A stretch of DNA of 64,000 bases from Myxococcota bacterium (GTDB lineage: Bacteria; Myxococcota_A; UBA9160; SZUA-336): the NCBI GenBank assembly GCA_965247115.1, contig CBDFGR010000002.1:1248001-1312000 (forward strand), in the 5' to 3' direction. Shown in pieces: positions 38,184 through 48,690 of this stretch. Below the pieces are notes generated by a model. It was not told the origin of the DNA, did not search any database, and saw nothing but the letters and a program-made list of their open reading frames with translations. A program made the position numbers and the translations under genes. The stretch's first letter is position 1; each line of letters starts with the position of its first letter.

Positions 38184-40520
38184 ATGAGTTTGTTGCGAAT
38201 TTCCTTCTCAGCAGTCCTCATCCTCGGCGGGCTGAGTGTCGTCCCGGCGCCAGCCGTCGGTCAGGAGGCGGAGTCCGAGGCCCAGGAGTCTCAGCGCTAC
38301 GGGATCGAGGAGATCGTCGTCACGGCCGAGCGTCGCGAGAAGAGCGTACAGGACACTCCCATTGCGATCTCAGCGTTCTCCGCGGCCGAGATCGGGCGCA
38401 GCGACCTGGACGCAATCGAGAACATCCAGTTTCAGGTGCCGGGACTCGTGTACGCCGAGGTCGAGAGTTACTCTCAGGTTACCCTGCGCGGCGTGGGTCT
38501 CGAGGTCCTAGCCACTGCGGGCGAGCCGGGCGTCGCGTTCAACATCGACGGCGTCTATCTCCCGCGAAGCACCACGTCCAATGTGATCCTGTCCGACCTG
38601 GAACGGATCGAGATCCTGAGAGGTCCACAGGGGACGCTGTACGGCCGCAATACGGCTGGGGGTGCGATCAACCTGTGGACCAAGGTGCCCTCGGGCGAGT
38701 ACGAAGGGGATATTTCGGTCCTCTTCGGGAACGAGAACCGTTTCCGGACCAGGGCCGCGATCTCCTTCCCCATCGGCGAGCAGCTGAGCGCCCGCGTGGG
38801 CTTCGCCTCGGACGAGCACGACGGCTACCGAAGGAATGAGTTCGCGGGGGGCGGGGCTCAGCATGGCGGCGCGTGCACGATTGCGAATTGTCGCGTCAAG
38901 CGCGAAATTGACGAGCGGGACCACGACTCCTTCCGCGGCGTCCTGCGTTGGGTTCCGACGGACGATGCGGAGGTGCTCTGGCGCTACGCGTATTCCCGCG
39001 ATCACAACGGGGGGCCCTCCTTCCAGTACGGTACCGAAATTATTCCGGCACTCGCTCCGAGTTTCTTCGGCGGCATTTCCGGCGACCGTGGCTCCAACTT
39101 TCAGAACGACTTTCCGAGCAAAATTGTGCGGCGGACTCAATCCTTTAGCCAAACGATCAGCTTGGACCTGAGCCTCCCATGGCTGGGCGACACGACCCTC
39201 AAATCGGTCACCGCGTACCAGAAGTTCTACTGGAGATATCACGCCGACAATGACGGCACCGACATCGCCTTCCTCAATGCACTGGACACCGAAGAGACCA
39301 AGACCTGGAGCCAGGAGTTAACGCTCAGTTCCGCGGGTGACGGCCCGCTCGAATGGGTGGGCGGACTCTTTTACTTCTCCGATCGGGCGGACTCTGGCCG
39401 CTTTGATCGCCCGTTCGAGAACCCGGAGACGTACGTGAACCCGATATTACCTGAGAATCTTGGTTTCAATCTCAACCAGAAGATCGAGGCGTGGGCGGCG
39501 TTCGCCCAGGGCAGCTATCACGTGACCGACCGCCTTCGTCTCACGGTCGGGGCTCGCTTCACGCGCGAAGAGAAGGATTTCAAGAATCACATCGATTTCA
39601 CTGTCACAGACGTACAGGGCGGGTTCTTCGGTATCCCCGGCGGCACTCTGTTAGTTTCCTGCCCCGGCGTCGAACACGATAATGACTGGTCCAAGTGGAC
39701 GCCCAAGTTTGGAATCGACTACAGCGCGACCGATGACATTCTACTCTTCGCCTCGATCAGCCGGGGCTTCAAGGCGGGCGGAGCGAACGGGTTCGCTTGC
39801 GGGGAGCAGTTCGATCAAGAGGATCTCTGGGCCTACGAGGTGGGAGTGAAGAGTCAGTGGTTCAACAATCGACTCCAGGTCAATCTGGCCGGTTTCTACT
39901 ACGACTACGAGGACTTCCAGGCGCTCATCTTCACCGAGGCCGCTTCGAGGCTCGAGAATGCCTCTGACGCAGACGTCTGGGGTGCAGAGCTGGAGTTCGT
40001 GGCGGTCCCCTTTGAGGGGTTTCAGCTCAAGGGAGGGGGGTCGCTTCAGAAGGCGGCATTTGACGACTTCCCTACGGTTGATCAAATGTGCCAACCCGGG
40101 GTCCCCGAAAACTTGAACGCGGGGTGCTCGAGAGCCAGGCAGCTGAAGGGAAACGATCTTCCGCGGGCCCCGCGAATGAGCTGGTTCGTCAATGCGGAAT
40201 ACGAGCGACCCATCGGAGATTGGGGCACCGGGGCTCTGCGGTACGAGTTCTCATGGACGGATAAGTACTACTTCACCCCGTTCAACAACTTTTACACGCA
40301 GCAGACTGCCTTCAGTCTCAGTAACGTACGTTTTATCTACGGGACCTCCGGCGGACGCTTGGAGGACAGGCTGGGTGACATGGAGCTCCATCTGTACATC
40401 AACAACTGGGGCAACAAGGACTACCTCGGTAGCGAAATCGAAGTCACCCTGACAGGCGGAACTTTGGCTCAGTGGCAGAACCCGAGAAACTACGGAGTCG
40501 AGCTCCGCTACAGATTTTGA
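38184..40520 (+). CDS. TonB-dependent receptor
   Basis: Signal peptide, EEIVVTAERRE, EILRGPQGTLYGRN, C-terminal YRF; GGAGG upstream of ATG 38184. Confidence 0.92.
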   Translation: MSLLRISFSAVLILGGLSVVPAPAVGQEAESEAQESQRYGIEEIVVTAERREKSVQDTPIAISAFSAAEIGRSDLDAIENIQFQVPGLVYAEVESYSQVTLRGVGLEVLATAGEPGVAFNIDGVYLPRSTTSNVILSDLERIEILRGPQGTLYGRNTAGGAINLWTKVPSGEYEGDISVLFGNENRFRTRAAISFPIGEQLSARVGFASDEHDGYRRNEFAGGGAQHGGACTIANCRVKREIDERDHDSFRGVLRWVPTDDAEVLWRYAYSRDHNGGPSFQYGTEIIPALAPSFFGGISGDRGSNFQNDFPSKIVRRTQSFSQTISLDLSLPWLGDTTLKSVTAYQKFYWRYHADNDGTDIAFLNALDTEETKTWSQELTLSSAGDGPLEWVGGLFYFSDRADSGRFDRPFENPETYVNPILPENLGFNLNQKIEAWAAFAQGSYHVTDRLRLTVGARFTREEKDFKNHIDFTVTDVQGGFFGIPGGTLLVSCPGVEHDNDWSKWTPKFGIDYSATDDILLFASISRGFKAGGANGFACGEQFDQEDLWAYEVGVKSQWFNNRLQVNLAGFYYDYEDFQALIFTEAASRLENASDADVWGAELEFVAVPFEGFQLKGGGSLQKAAFDDFPTVDQMCQPGVPENLNAGCSRARQLKGNDLPRAPRMSWFVNAEYERPIGDWGTGALRYEFSWTDKYYFTPFNNFYTQQTAFSLSNVRFIYGTSGGRLEDRLGDMELHLYINNWGNKDYLGSEIEVTLTGGTLAQWQNPRNYGVELRYRF

Positions 40521-40573
40521 ATGACGGGGGGAGAAGGCATTCGCTGGGGGGCAAAACCCAATACGAGCGCTGC

Positions 40574-40909
40574 CTAGGCAAGCGGCACAACTGCAGCCAG
40601 CACCTGCTCACTGCCAACCACACGAGTAGTGTGGCCTTTGCCGGTGAGATCTTCTGCCAGATTGGCATCTCCCGGCCCAAAGCGCCGTACCGTACCGTCT
40701 TCTAGGCCGATTTCCATCTGGCCAGAAAGAACAAACACATATTGCCGGCGCGGCGCATTATGCCAATCCATGAATGTATCTACAGGCAGCTCATGGAAAA
40801 AGATCTCCCCCGTGGCCTGCGGCGAGGTTAAGCCCGGATGTGAGGCCAGAGCCTGTTCCTCAATATGAGACTGCCCATCGGTGCCTGTATATAAGCGAAA
40901 AATACCCAT
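40574..40909 (-). CDS. Cupin domain protein
   Basis: DGQSH, WHNAPRRQY, GD...AEDLTGKGH; lower GC; RBS AGGAG. Confidence 0.8.
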   Translation of the reverse strand: MGIFRLYTGTDGQSHIEEQALASHPGLTSPQATGEIFFHELPVDTFMDWHNAPRRQYVFVLSGQMEIGLEDGTVRRFGPGDANLAEDLTGKGHTTRVVGSEQVLAAVVPLA

Positions 40910-41259
40910 GTTGTTTCTCCTTGACCTTAATGCCTGAGCCTGTGCTAAGCCGCAGAAATATACTTGATGCAGCGGCGCGACCGTTGCCAGGTTCTTCGCG
41001 CCGCTCTACGAACGCCGGGGTTCGGCGATGAAGTCGGCGAGATCGGCTCGGCTCGTCGCCTGGAACAGGTCGACGTTGCGGTAGGGATAGTTCACGGGGA
41101 CGCAACCGATCTTGGGGTCCTCCTCGTCGTCGATCCCCTCTTCGAGGTGGGTCTGCACGAAGAACAGCGCGCGCCCGAGCGTGGCCTGGAAGCGCCCGAG
41201 CCAGGAGCCGGTGACCCTCCTTGTCTTGCCTACTACGCAAGGCGTAGGATAGGCCCACC

Positions 41260-42453
41260 ATGGAAACAATGCGCCACGGGGTCTTTATACCTCCGCACCA
41301 CCCGGTCGACGAGGACCCGACGCAGTGCATCCAGCGCGACCTGCAGCTCATCGAGCACCTCGACGCCCTGGGCTACGAGGAGGCCTGGATCGGCGAGCAC
41401 CACTCGTCCGGCTTCGAGATCATTGCCTCGCCCGAGATTTTCATCGCCGCTGCGGCGGCTCGCACCGAGCGCATCAAGCTCGGCACGGGCGTGGTCTCGC
41501 TCCCGTACCACAACCCGCTCATGGTGGCGAACCGCATCATCCAGCTGGACCACCAGACCATGGGCCGCGTCATGTTTGGCGTGGGCCCGGGTCTTCTGCC
41601 GTCCGACGCCATCATGTTGGGGATCCATCCCAGCACGCAGCGCGAGCGCATGATGCAGTCGCTCGAGGTGATCCTGCGCCTGATGAAGGGTGAGACGGTC
41701 ACGGAGAAGACCGACTGGTTCGAGCTCCACAAAGCGCGCTGCCACCTACTCCCCTACACCAAACCGCATCCCGAGGTGGCCGTCGCCAGTGCGGTAACGC
41801 CGTCTGGCGGGCGCGCGGCAGGTCGCTACGGCTTGGGGATGCTGTGCGTCACCTCGACCCAGCGCGATGGCTACGACGCGCTCGGAATCAACTGGAGCAT
41901 TGCGAACGAGATCTCGCAGGAGGTGCGCGGCGTGCCGATGGACCCGAGCGTCCTGCGCCTCGTGGGTCCGGTCCACCTGGCCGAGACACGCGAGCAGGCG
42001 CGCAGCAACGTCCGCTTCGGCTTGGAGAAATGGATTGACTACTTCTTCAGGATCAACCCGGCCGCGCAGCTGGGCGGCGACATCACCGGCCGGTCCCAGT
42101 CCGAACAAGACCTGGACCCAGTCGAATCCATGATCGAGTCGGGATGGGGCGTCATCGGCACACCAGACGACGCGATCGCGCAGATCGAGCGGCTGCAAAA
42201 GAAGGTCGGCGAGTTCGGCGCGTTCGTCCAGCTGGCCCACAACTGGGCCGACTTCGAGAACACGAAGAAGTCGTACGAGCTGTGGCAGCGCTACGTCGCG
42301 CCCTTCTTCCGGGGCGCCAACCGCAACCGCGTCGACTCGTTGCAGTGGGCGTCCGATAACGCGACCGAGTTCATGGGCGCGGCGATGAAGGCCGCGACCG
42401 AGATGATCCAGAAACACGAGGCGGAGCGGGCGGAGAAGAAGGCCGCGTCGTAG
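41260..42453 (+). CDS. LLM-class flavin-dependent monooxygenase (limonene 1,2-monooxygenase-like)
   Basis: LGYEEAWIGEHHS.G.E....PE.FIA, LGTGVVSLPYHNP, G.GPG.LPSD. Confidence 0.88.
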   Translation: METMRHGVFIPPHHPVDEDPTQCIQRDLQLIEHLDALGYEEAWIGEHHSSGFEIIASPEIFIAAAAARTERIKLGTGVVSLPYHNPLMVANRIIQLDHQTMGRVMFGVGPGLLPSDAIMLGIHPSTQRERMMQSLEVILRLMKGETVTEKTDWFELHKARCHLLPYTKPHPEVAVASAVTPSGGRAAGRYGLGMLCVTSTQRDGYDALGINWSIANEISQEVRGVPMDPSVLRLVGPVHLAETREQARSNVRFGLEKWIDYFFRINPAAQLGGDITGRSQSEQDLDPVESMIESGWGVIGTPDDAIAQIERLQKKVGEFGAFVQLAHNWADFENTKKSYELWQRYVAPFFRGANRNRVDSLQWASDNATEFMGAAMKAATEMIQKHEAERAEKKAAS

Positions 42454-42467
42454 CCATCCCGCGCCCG

Positions 42468-42650
42468 TTGCGACCCATCGGAGTCATCGTCAATCCGGTC
42501 TCGGGTCCGCGATGTCCGCCGGCTCGCGTCGCGGGCGCGCTCGTCCACGCCCTAGGACGAGCGCAACCAGGTCTCGGGCGTCGTCATCGACGCCGCGGCC
42601 GCCGGCAGCGAGCACATCCTACTGGTGCGGGAGCCGTTCCGCATCGCGTT
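42468..42650 (+). pseudogene. N-terminal remnant of an ATP-NAD kinase/AcoX-like gene
   Basis: IGVIVNPVSG followed in another frame by RDVRRL; internal TAG. Confidence 0.5.
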
Positions 42651-42832
42651 TCCGTTTACAGTGCGGATCCGGAAGTACACGCATACCCAGTCGCCGGGAA
42701 TCGGCTACGACGTCGAGATCTCGGATCTGCACGATATCTTCAGCTGGGCATTCGGCGATCTGCGCGTGCCGAGCCTCTACCCGGTACCGGCGCACAGTTA
42801 ACCAACAACTAGAACAACACCAGGAGACGTGA

Positions 42833-43927
42833 ATGCCTACCAGCGCCACCGCCGCCGTGCTGCATGATCCCCATGGGCAGTTCACCCTTCAGGAGGTCGA
42901 ACTCGACGACCCGCGCAGCGACGAGATCCTCGTTCGCATCGAGGCCAGCGGCGTTTGCCATACCGATGAGATGGCGAAGGGGATGCTGGAGCCGCCGATG
43001 GTTTTGGGCCACGAAGGCACCGGAGTGGTCGGAGCCATTGGATCCGGAGTTACCCGGGTCAAACCCGGCGATCGGGTCGTTATCTCTTACGCCTGGTGCG
43101 GTACCTGCCGAGAATGCACCACTGCGCATGGCTACCGGTGCGAGCGGGTGCTGCCGATCGCGTTCGGCGGCTCGCGCCTGGATGGATCGAAGACCATCAC
43201 CTTAGACGGTAAGCTCATCTCCAGCGCGTTTTTTCAACAGTCCTCGTTTGCAACCCACTCGATCACGCTCGAACGAGACGTGGTGCCGGTGGCGCATGAC
43301 CACGCAACCGAGATGATGGCGGCCATTCCCTGCGGTATACAGACGGGGGCGGGGGCGATCCTGAATTCGATGCAGGTTCGCGTCAAGGACGTGCTGGCGG
43401 TGTTCGGCACCGGCGCGGTCGGGCTGAGTGCGGTGATGGCGGGACGATTGTCCGGCGCCTCGCCATTGATTGCCGTCGATATCGTCGATGAACGGCTTGA
43501 GCTCGCGCTCGAACTGGGAGCCACCCACGCCATAAATGCGAAAGACGGCGAGGTCGCCGCCAGGATTAAGGAGATCGTGCCGCGCGGCGTCGATTTTTCG
43601 CTGGACACGACCGGCAACGAGCAGGCGCTCGAGGACGCCATCAGGTGTCTGGCCATGGGCGCCGAATGCGGCATCGTCACGGCGCCGCATCTCGGCGAGA
43701 AGTTCCCGTTCACGCCGATGGGTATTTTTGTCCGCACCGCAACCCTGCGCGGTATCATCCAGGGCTCGGCGTTGCCGAACCTGTTCCTGCCCAAGCTCAT
43801 CGAGCTGCAGCAGCAGGGCCGCTTCCCTTACGAACGTCTGATCCGGACATACGACTTCGCAGACATCAACCAGGCGTTCGAGGACTCGGCCGCGGGACGC
43901 ACTATCAAGCCAGTGTTAAGGATGTAG
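42833..43927 (+). CDS. Zn-dependent (aryl/benzyl) alcohol dehydrogenase
   Basis: GVCHTD, GHEG, CGTCREC....C, PCGIQTGAG, G.GAVG. Confidence 0.9.
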   Translation: MPTSATAAVLHDPHGQFTLQEVELDDPRSDEILVRIEASGVCHTDEMAKGMLEPPMVLGHEGTGVVGAIGSGVTRVKPGDRVVISYAWCGTCRECTTAHGYRCERVLPIAFGGSRLDGSKTITLDGKLISSAFFQQSSFATHSITLERDVVPVAHDHATEMMAAIPCGIQTGAGAILNSMQVRVKDVLAVFGTGAVGLSAVMAGRLSGASPLIAVDIVDERLELALELGATHAINAKDGEVAARIKEIVPRGVDFSLDTTGNEQALEDAIRCLAMGAECGIVTAPHLGEKFPFTPMGIFVRTATLRGIIQGSALPNLFLPKLIELQQQGRFPYERLIRTYDFADINQAFEDSAAGRTIKPVLRM

Positions 43928-43963
43928 GAGCGATGGAGGGTTCGTTCCTCTCAGCCTCAATCC

Positions 43964-44463
43964 CTATGCGCACGCTCTGTTCATCGCCGGACACCGCCAC
44001 CTCACCCTGGGTGAGCCCCTCCCGCCGGCCACCTGGATGGGGTTTCCCGGTGAGGACCCGTCGTGGATCGACCGGGACGAAAATGGCAACGCGACACTGA
44101 CCCCCGATCGCCTGGCGCAGCTCAAGATGCAGATCAACCCCTTCACAAGAGCAGCCCTTCGGCGATAGCGTCAGAGGGCCGATTCGGCCCCCCGAGGTAG
44201 AAGCCGGTCGGGGTACGTACCTCAGCTTCGATCCGGACTTCCAAATGGGTCAGCAGATCCTGAATGGATCGTTCACGGACCTGAAGTGCGAGCCGCTGCC
44301 CGACGGGAGCGTGCGCTACCCGAACCACGCGCGCTACGTGCGTCAGATCGCCCGGGCGGCCGAGGAACTTGTGGATACGTTCGACCTGCTCCTTGAGGAC
44401 GCCGACGCCATCATCTCTGAGGAGGCGCGGGCCGACGTCGGCTTCCGGAACTCGTGCTCCTGA
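43964..44463 (+). pseudogene. Fragments of the C-terminus of an alpha/beta-hydrolase-like domain protein
   Basis: IDRDENGNA and YPNHARYV......A..LV...LL.EDA..II segments in broken frames. Confidence 0.4.
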
Positions 44464-44553
44464 GCGGCACCGTCGGTGTTATTGCCCATGGTGACCCACC
44501 CGCCGTAGGCTAAGTACTCTGATCCGAAAGTTCGGTGACGTATTCTGAGCGGC

Positions 44554-44745
44554 TCAGGCGGCCCGGGGAAGCGGCGGCTGGGTGGCTTCCAGGCGCCGGA
44601 GCAGGGCCGCGAGATCTTTGCGCGTGAACTTCCACGCAAAGGGTTGGGCGGCGCATTCGTAGTAATCCCCAACGCGCGCGAAATCGTTTCTCGCAACGCT
44701 CGCCCCGGTGAATCGAAGCGTTGTCGATGATCCAGAAGACACGGC
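44554..44745 (-). mobile_element. IS630-family transposase 3' remnant
   Basis: VFWIIDNASIHRG and PFAWKFTRKDL motifs in shifted frames. Confidence 0.6.
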
Positions 44746-44869
44746 AGAAGGCCGAGCCGGCTGGCGGCGTGGCACCGCAGCTCCCGCAGGTGAGCTCGAG
44801 CCGCGCGCCGCACGCGCTGCAGAAGGCCGAGCCGGCCGGCGGCGTGGCACCGCAGGTTGGACAGGTCAC
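44746..44869 (-). pseudogene. Double zinc-ribbon N-terminus (adenylate cyclase-type) truncated by the IS remnant
   Basis: CPTCG......AFCSACG..L...CGSCG......AFC. Confidence 0.65.
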
Positions 44870-44928
44870 GGTCCCATCTTACCTCTCGAAGAGAGGCTCC
44901 TAGGACCGGCAGTAGCGCGTCAGGTAAA

Positions 44929-45074
44929 CATCAGGTTTCGGCCAGCTCCTAGCGAGGATGAGCCGGATCGAGCGAGCCGAAGCCCGACAGCCCCAACTCC
45001 CTCGCCACCCGCTCCGCGTGCCCGGCCGCGCCCATCTCGGTGTAGAGGTGGTGGGCATCGCGGAGTTCACGCTC
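44929..45074 (+). repeat. 146-bp imperfect direct repeat, copy 2 (3' end of a TPR-tail gene fragment, 44949-45137 minus strand)
   Basis: Colinear with 26697-26842; encodes ELRDAHHLYTEMGAAGHAERVARELGL. Confidence 0.85.
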
Positions 45075-45182
45075 GCGGGTAGCGTTGTCGTCGAGCAGGC
45101 GCGCGATCTCAGCTCGCGCTTCCGCAACTTGAGGCAAATAAACCGTTAGGCCTGTTTCTTCGATGCTCCGGGGCGGCCGTTA

Positions 45183-45940
45183 GCCTGCACGCGGGCGTCG
45201 GCGTCCCTGCGCGGGACCGCGCGCGCCTCGAGCGACTCTGTCGCTACGTGGCCCGGCCGCCCATCGCCACCGAGCGTCTCTCCGCTCTCCCCGACGGGAA
45301 TCTCTCCTACCGGCTCCGGCACCGCTGGCGCGACGGTACGACCCACGTCGTGTTCGAACCGCTCGAGCTGATCGAGAGGCTGGTAGCCCTGATCCCACCC
45401 CCCCGTGCGCACCAGGTCCGCTACCACGGAGTGCTTGCCCCCTGTGCCGGCTACCGCGATGCGGTCGTTCCCGGCCACCTCTATCCGGCCACCACAACTC
45501 CCGCTGCCGAGAACGCCGCAGCCCTTGCTGCAGAGCCGGCGCGGGACGAGCCACAGCCTGCGGCCCAGGTCCACAGCGACTGTCGCGGCTCAGAAGCACA
45601 CGCGACGGATGCCGGGCGCCCCAACGCGGGTCCACGACGCGCGGAGTCGGCGCCCGAAGGGGCGCCCGTAACCTCCGCGCACGCTGATCCTGCACAGTTC
45701 TCCTTGGCCCGGCCCCTCAGACAGCGACTCCGGTGGGTGGACCTCATGCGTCGCGTCTTCGCGGTCGACGTCCTCGCGTGTCCGCGTTGCGGAGGCCGCA
45801 TGCAGCTCATCGCTGCGATCGAACAGCCGCGCGTCGTCGAGGCAATCCTCCGCTGTTTGGGACTCTCCGCGCGACCTCCACCCATGGCCCCGGCGCGCCC
45901 AATCGGCCAGCCCGTGCTGCCGTACGTCGACGCCCTCTAG
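45183..45940 (+). mobile_element. IS91/ISCR-like rolling-circle transposase, 5'-truncated
   Basis: SLHAGV...DRARLERLCRYVARPP, RWRDGTTH, RYHGVLAP, W..L.RRVF..DVL.CP.CGGRM. Confidence 0.82.
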
Positions 45941-46356
45941 AGAGACGATCGTCAGATCCTCGCCCTAGCTCGGCTGCAGAACCGATGCGCGCCGCACGGC
46001 AGCCGTGCGCCTCCGCAGGGCACCGAACGGGCTCAACCCCGGCCGCACTGGCGTACCACCCGCTTAAAGGCCCCGCGCCCCGGCCCTCAGACCAATCGAT
46101 AGGACGGGAAGGGCCATTGTCACAACCCGAAAAACCCTCTTAAACTCCCTTCCATAGGGTAGGAGCGCAAGACAGACTTCCCCGATCGCCACAGATTCTT
46201 CGATCCTGGCGTCTGCTCCCGTTGTGGCTAGGCGGTCTCGAGTTGAGAGTTCGTGCTCGTGGTTCCGTCGGAGCAGCGGCGGAGCCTCTACGAGCTGCTC
46301 GGTCTGAGGATTCGTACGAGGGCAACCCCATCGCATCGCGATTCGTTGGCGTGTGT

Positions 46357-46500
46357 GCTCTCCACGGAAACGTGGGAACCATCCTTCCATCTGGGCCTCT
46401 GTCGGCCATCGCTTCGTTTGGTTCTTCGGAGGGGCATAGCTTATCCGTCGGACCTCCAGGCTCTTGGGCCGTCGGCCAGGGAGTTTATGGATGCTCACCT
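46357..46500 (-). ncRNA. Putative bridge RNA / seekRNA of the IS110 element (ends approximate)
   Basis: Two stem-internal-loop units; guides match the left target flank plus core (10/10), core plus right target flank (7/7) and core plus donor end (7/7). Confidence 0.72.
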
Positions 46501-46593
46501 CCGCGGCCACGCAGAGCGTGGCATGCGAACACTCTTCGCGGCTGTGTACTCGAATGATTGCCTTCTCGTCGACTCTCCCGATCGAGCGGTCGC

Positions 46594-47660
46594 CTAGCCT
46601 TCGCACGTCTCCGTGGGCGGACTGGCTCGTCCGGGGTTGTACTCCTCCTCGTCCTTCCACATCCGTAGCACCGTGGCTGCGATCATGCGGGCCAAGCTGA
46701 GCTTTGCGAGCGTCGGCTTCGTTCCACCATCGAGAAGCCGCTGGTAACGCGCATGGATGGGATCCTTGTTGCGCTGCGTGATCACCGTCGTCGCGGCGCC
46801 CTTGAAGATGCTCTTCAAGACGCGATTGTGCTGGCGGGAGAGCCCTCTCGTCTGAGGAACCCGCGCCTGGATCCAGCTTCCATCGGCCGTCTGGACCCAG
46901 TCCGAGCTCGAGCGGGTCACGATACCCAGCCCGCAGTAGCTCCAGAACTGTCGCTTCGTGCGGAAGCGGTGGGGCGTCACGACAATCGGGACCAGTCGTG
47001 CTGCGCGGATCGGTCCGAGGCCGGGTGCGGTCTCCAGGATCGGGACGATGGGGTGCTTCTTCGCCTCTCGAAGGAGATCGGCCTCTGCCTGCTTCTTCTG
47101 CTCCCACAAGAAGTCGAGATGATCGTAGAGTCTTGTCGCTCTCGTCTGCGCGCTGGAGCAGAGCTGCTTCTGCCACTCGTCGCGGCGACGCGGGCTGTAG
47201 ACATCCAGGCCGGTCACCAGGACACCGCGCGATCGGTACAGGCTCTTGATCCGAGCCTGCACCCGCACGACGTCTCCGACCCCCGTCATGTGGATCCGCG
47301 AGAGCTCGCGCAGGCGCGTGAACTCTCGCGGTGCCTTGAAGACCGGCTTGTCGAGGTTCCCCATGCGCAGCTTCTCGGCCAGGCCATACGCATCGCGCTT
47401 GTCGCTCTTCGAACCCCGGCTCTCCGTGATCCCCGCAACCACGATCTCGTCCACGTGAGGACTCAGCGTCTCGTACAGCCACGCGCTCTGAAGTCCCTCT
47501 TCGAAGACCAGATACTTCCGGCCCGGAATCATGCGGACGGCCTCGACCAGGGCCTGGCCGTTGGTCTCACCGGGAAGTCCTTCAACCGCTTCCCTGTCTG
47601 CGAGATCACCGCCAGCGTGCAGCTCGCGGCGTGGATGTCCATCCCGATGTATCGTTCCAT
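46594..47660 (-). pseudogene. IS110 recombinase/transposase with a single frameshift near codon 31
   Basis: YIGMDIH, VFEEG, KSDKRDA (DEDD), PGLGPI, SYCGL....SS; GTGAGACC at ~47568 lacks one G relative to GTG GAG ACC. Confidence 0.85.
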
Positions 47661-47821
47661 TGGTGCCTCCTCTCGTTGGGTATTGTTGATTTCCCAACTC
47701 GAGGATTCCCGACGGGCTCGGGAGGCACCACCCTCCGCCTCCGGGCTCACGGCTCGCCCTGCAGACGCCATACCCCTATGATGCTTATCCCCATCGACAG
47801 ATTTGGGCAGAGGGGGATCCC

Positions 47822-48687
47822 ATGAAGGTCTGCACCCGAGCGCTCGCTCTCCTCGTCATCGCATTGCCGATGACTCTCCACGCCGCACCGGAGGTCGTGC
47901 AGCTGCAGACGGAGGGGCTGAATGCAATCGAGCTCGAGGCCTTCGACCCCTTTCTCGACTCCGTGGTCCTCTCGGGCGTCAGCGAGTACGCGATTAAGGA
48001 GCTGTACCGCGGTGAGTTCGTAGCCGCATTGTACGAGGCAAAGCCGGCGCTTCTGGACATCATCAGTACGCCGTTCCCGTTGGACGAGTTCGTCTGGGTG
48101 ACGAGCGGCGAACTCATCCTGACCGATGTCGATGGACGCAGCGAGAGCTACGTGGCGGGCGACACCCTGCTCGTTCCCAAGGGCTGGAAGGGCACCTGGG
48201 AGATGCGCGGCAACTATCGCGAGTTCGTCGTGATCGAGACCCGCGCCAACGACAGTGTGGATGGCTTCTGGAAGAACATCGGGCTGATCATCGCGGGTTG
48301 GTTCCGGGATACGCCCCACGTGGTGCCGCTGCCGGCCGAGGAGTTCCGGCGCGCCGAACTGGAGCCCGTGCAGCCCACGTCGGCTGATCTCAAGATGACC
48401 GGCGGCGATCCGGAAGCCTGGAAAGCGGTGGGGAGTTCATCGTAGAGCTGTACGCCAGCCCCGCGGCCGTCGTGCAGATCGACGATCCCTTCCCCTACGA
48501 CGAGTTAGTGTGGATGCTGTCTGGCGAGCTGGTTCTGACGCCGACGGGGGGCGAGGCGGTAACCTACGGCGCGGGTGAGGGCGTGGTGGTGCCCAAGGGA
48601 TTCGTGGGAACCTGGGAGACGCGAGGCGACTACCGCGAGTTGATCATCATCGAGACCCGGGCCATGAATCGGGTCCACGAGGAGTAG
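47822..48687 (+). pseudogene. Secreted tandem cupin (DUF861/EutQ-like) protein, frameshifted at ~48425
   Basis: Two homologous FP.DE.VW..SGEL.LT...G....Y.AG....VPKG..GTWE repeats in different frames. Confidence 0.7.
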
Positions 48688-48690
48688 ACG

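Larger units (their letters stand above)
46149..47785 (-). mobile_element. IS110-family (IS1111-type) insertion sequence
   Basis: CT core at both junctions (46149-50 and 47784-85); sub-terminal inverted repeats CATAGGGTA (46153-61) and TACCCCTATG (47771-80); long non-coding end downstream of the transposase. Confidence 0.82.
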
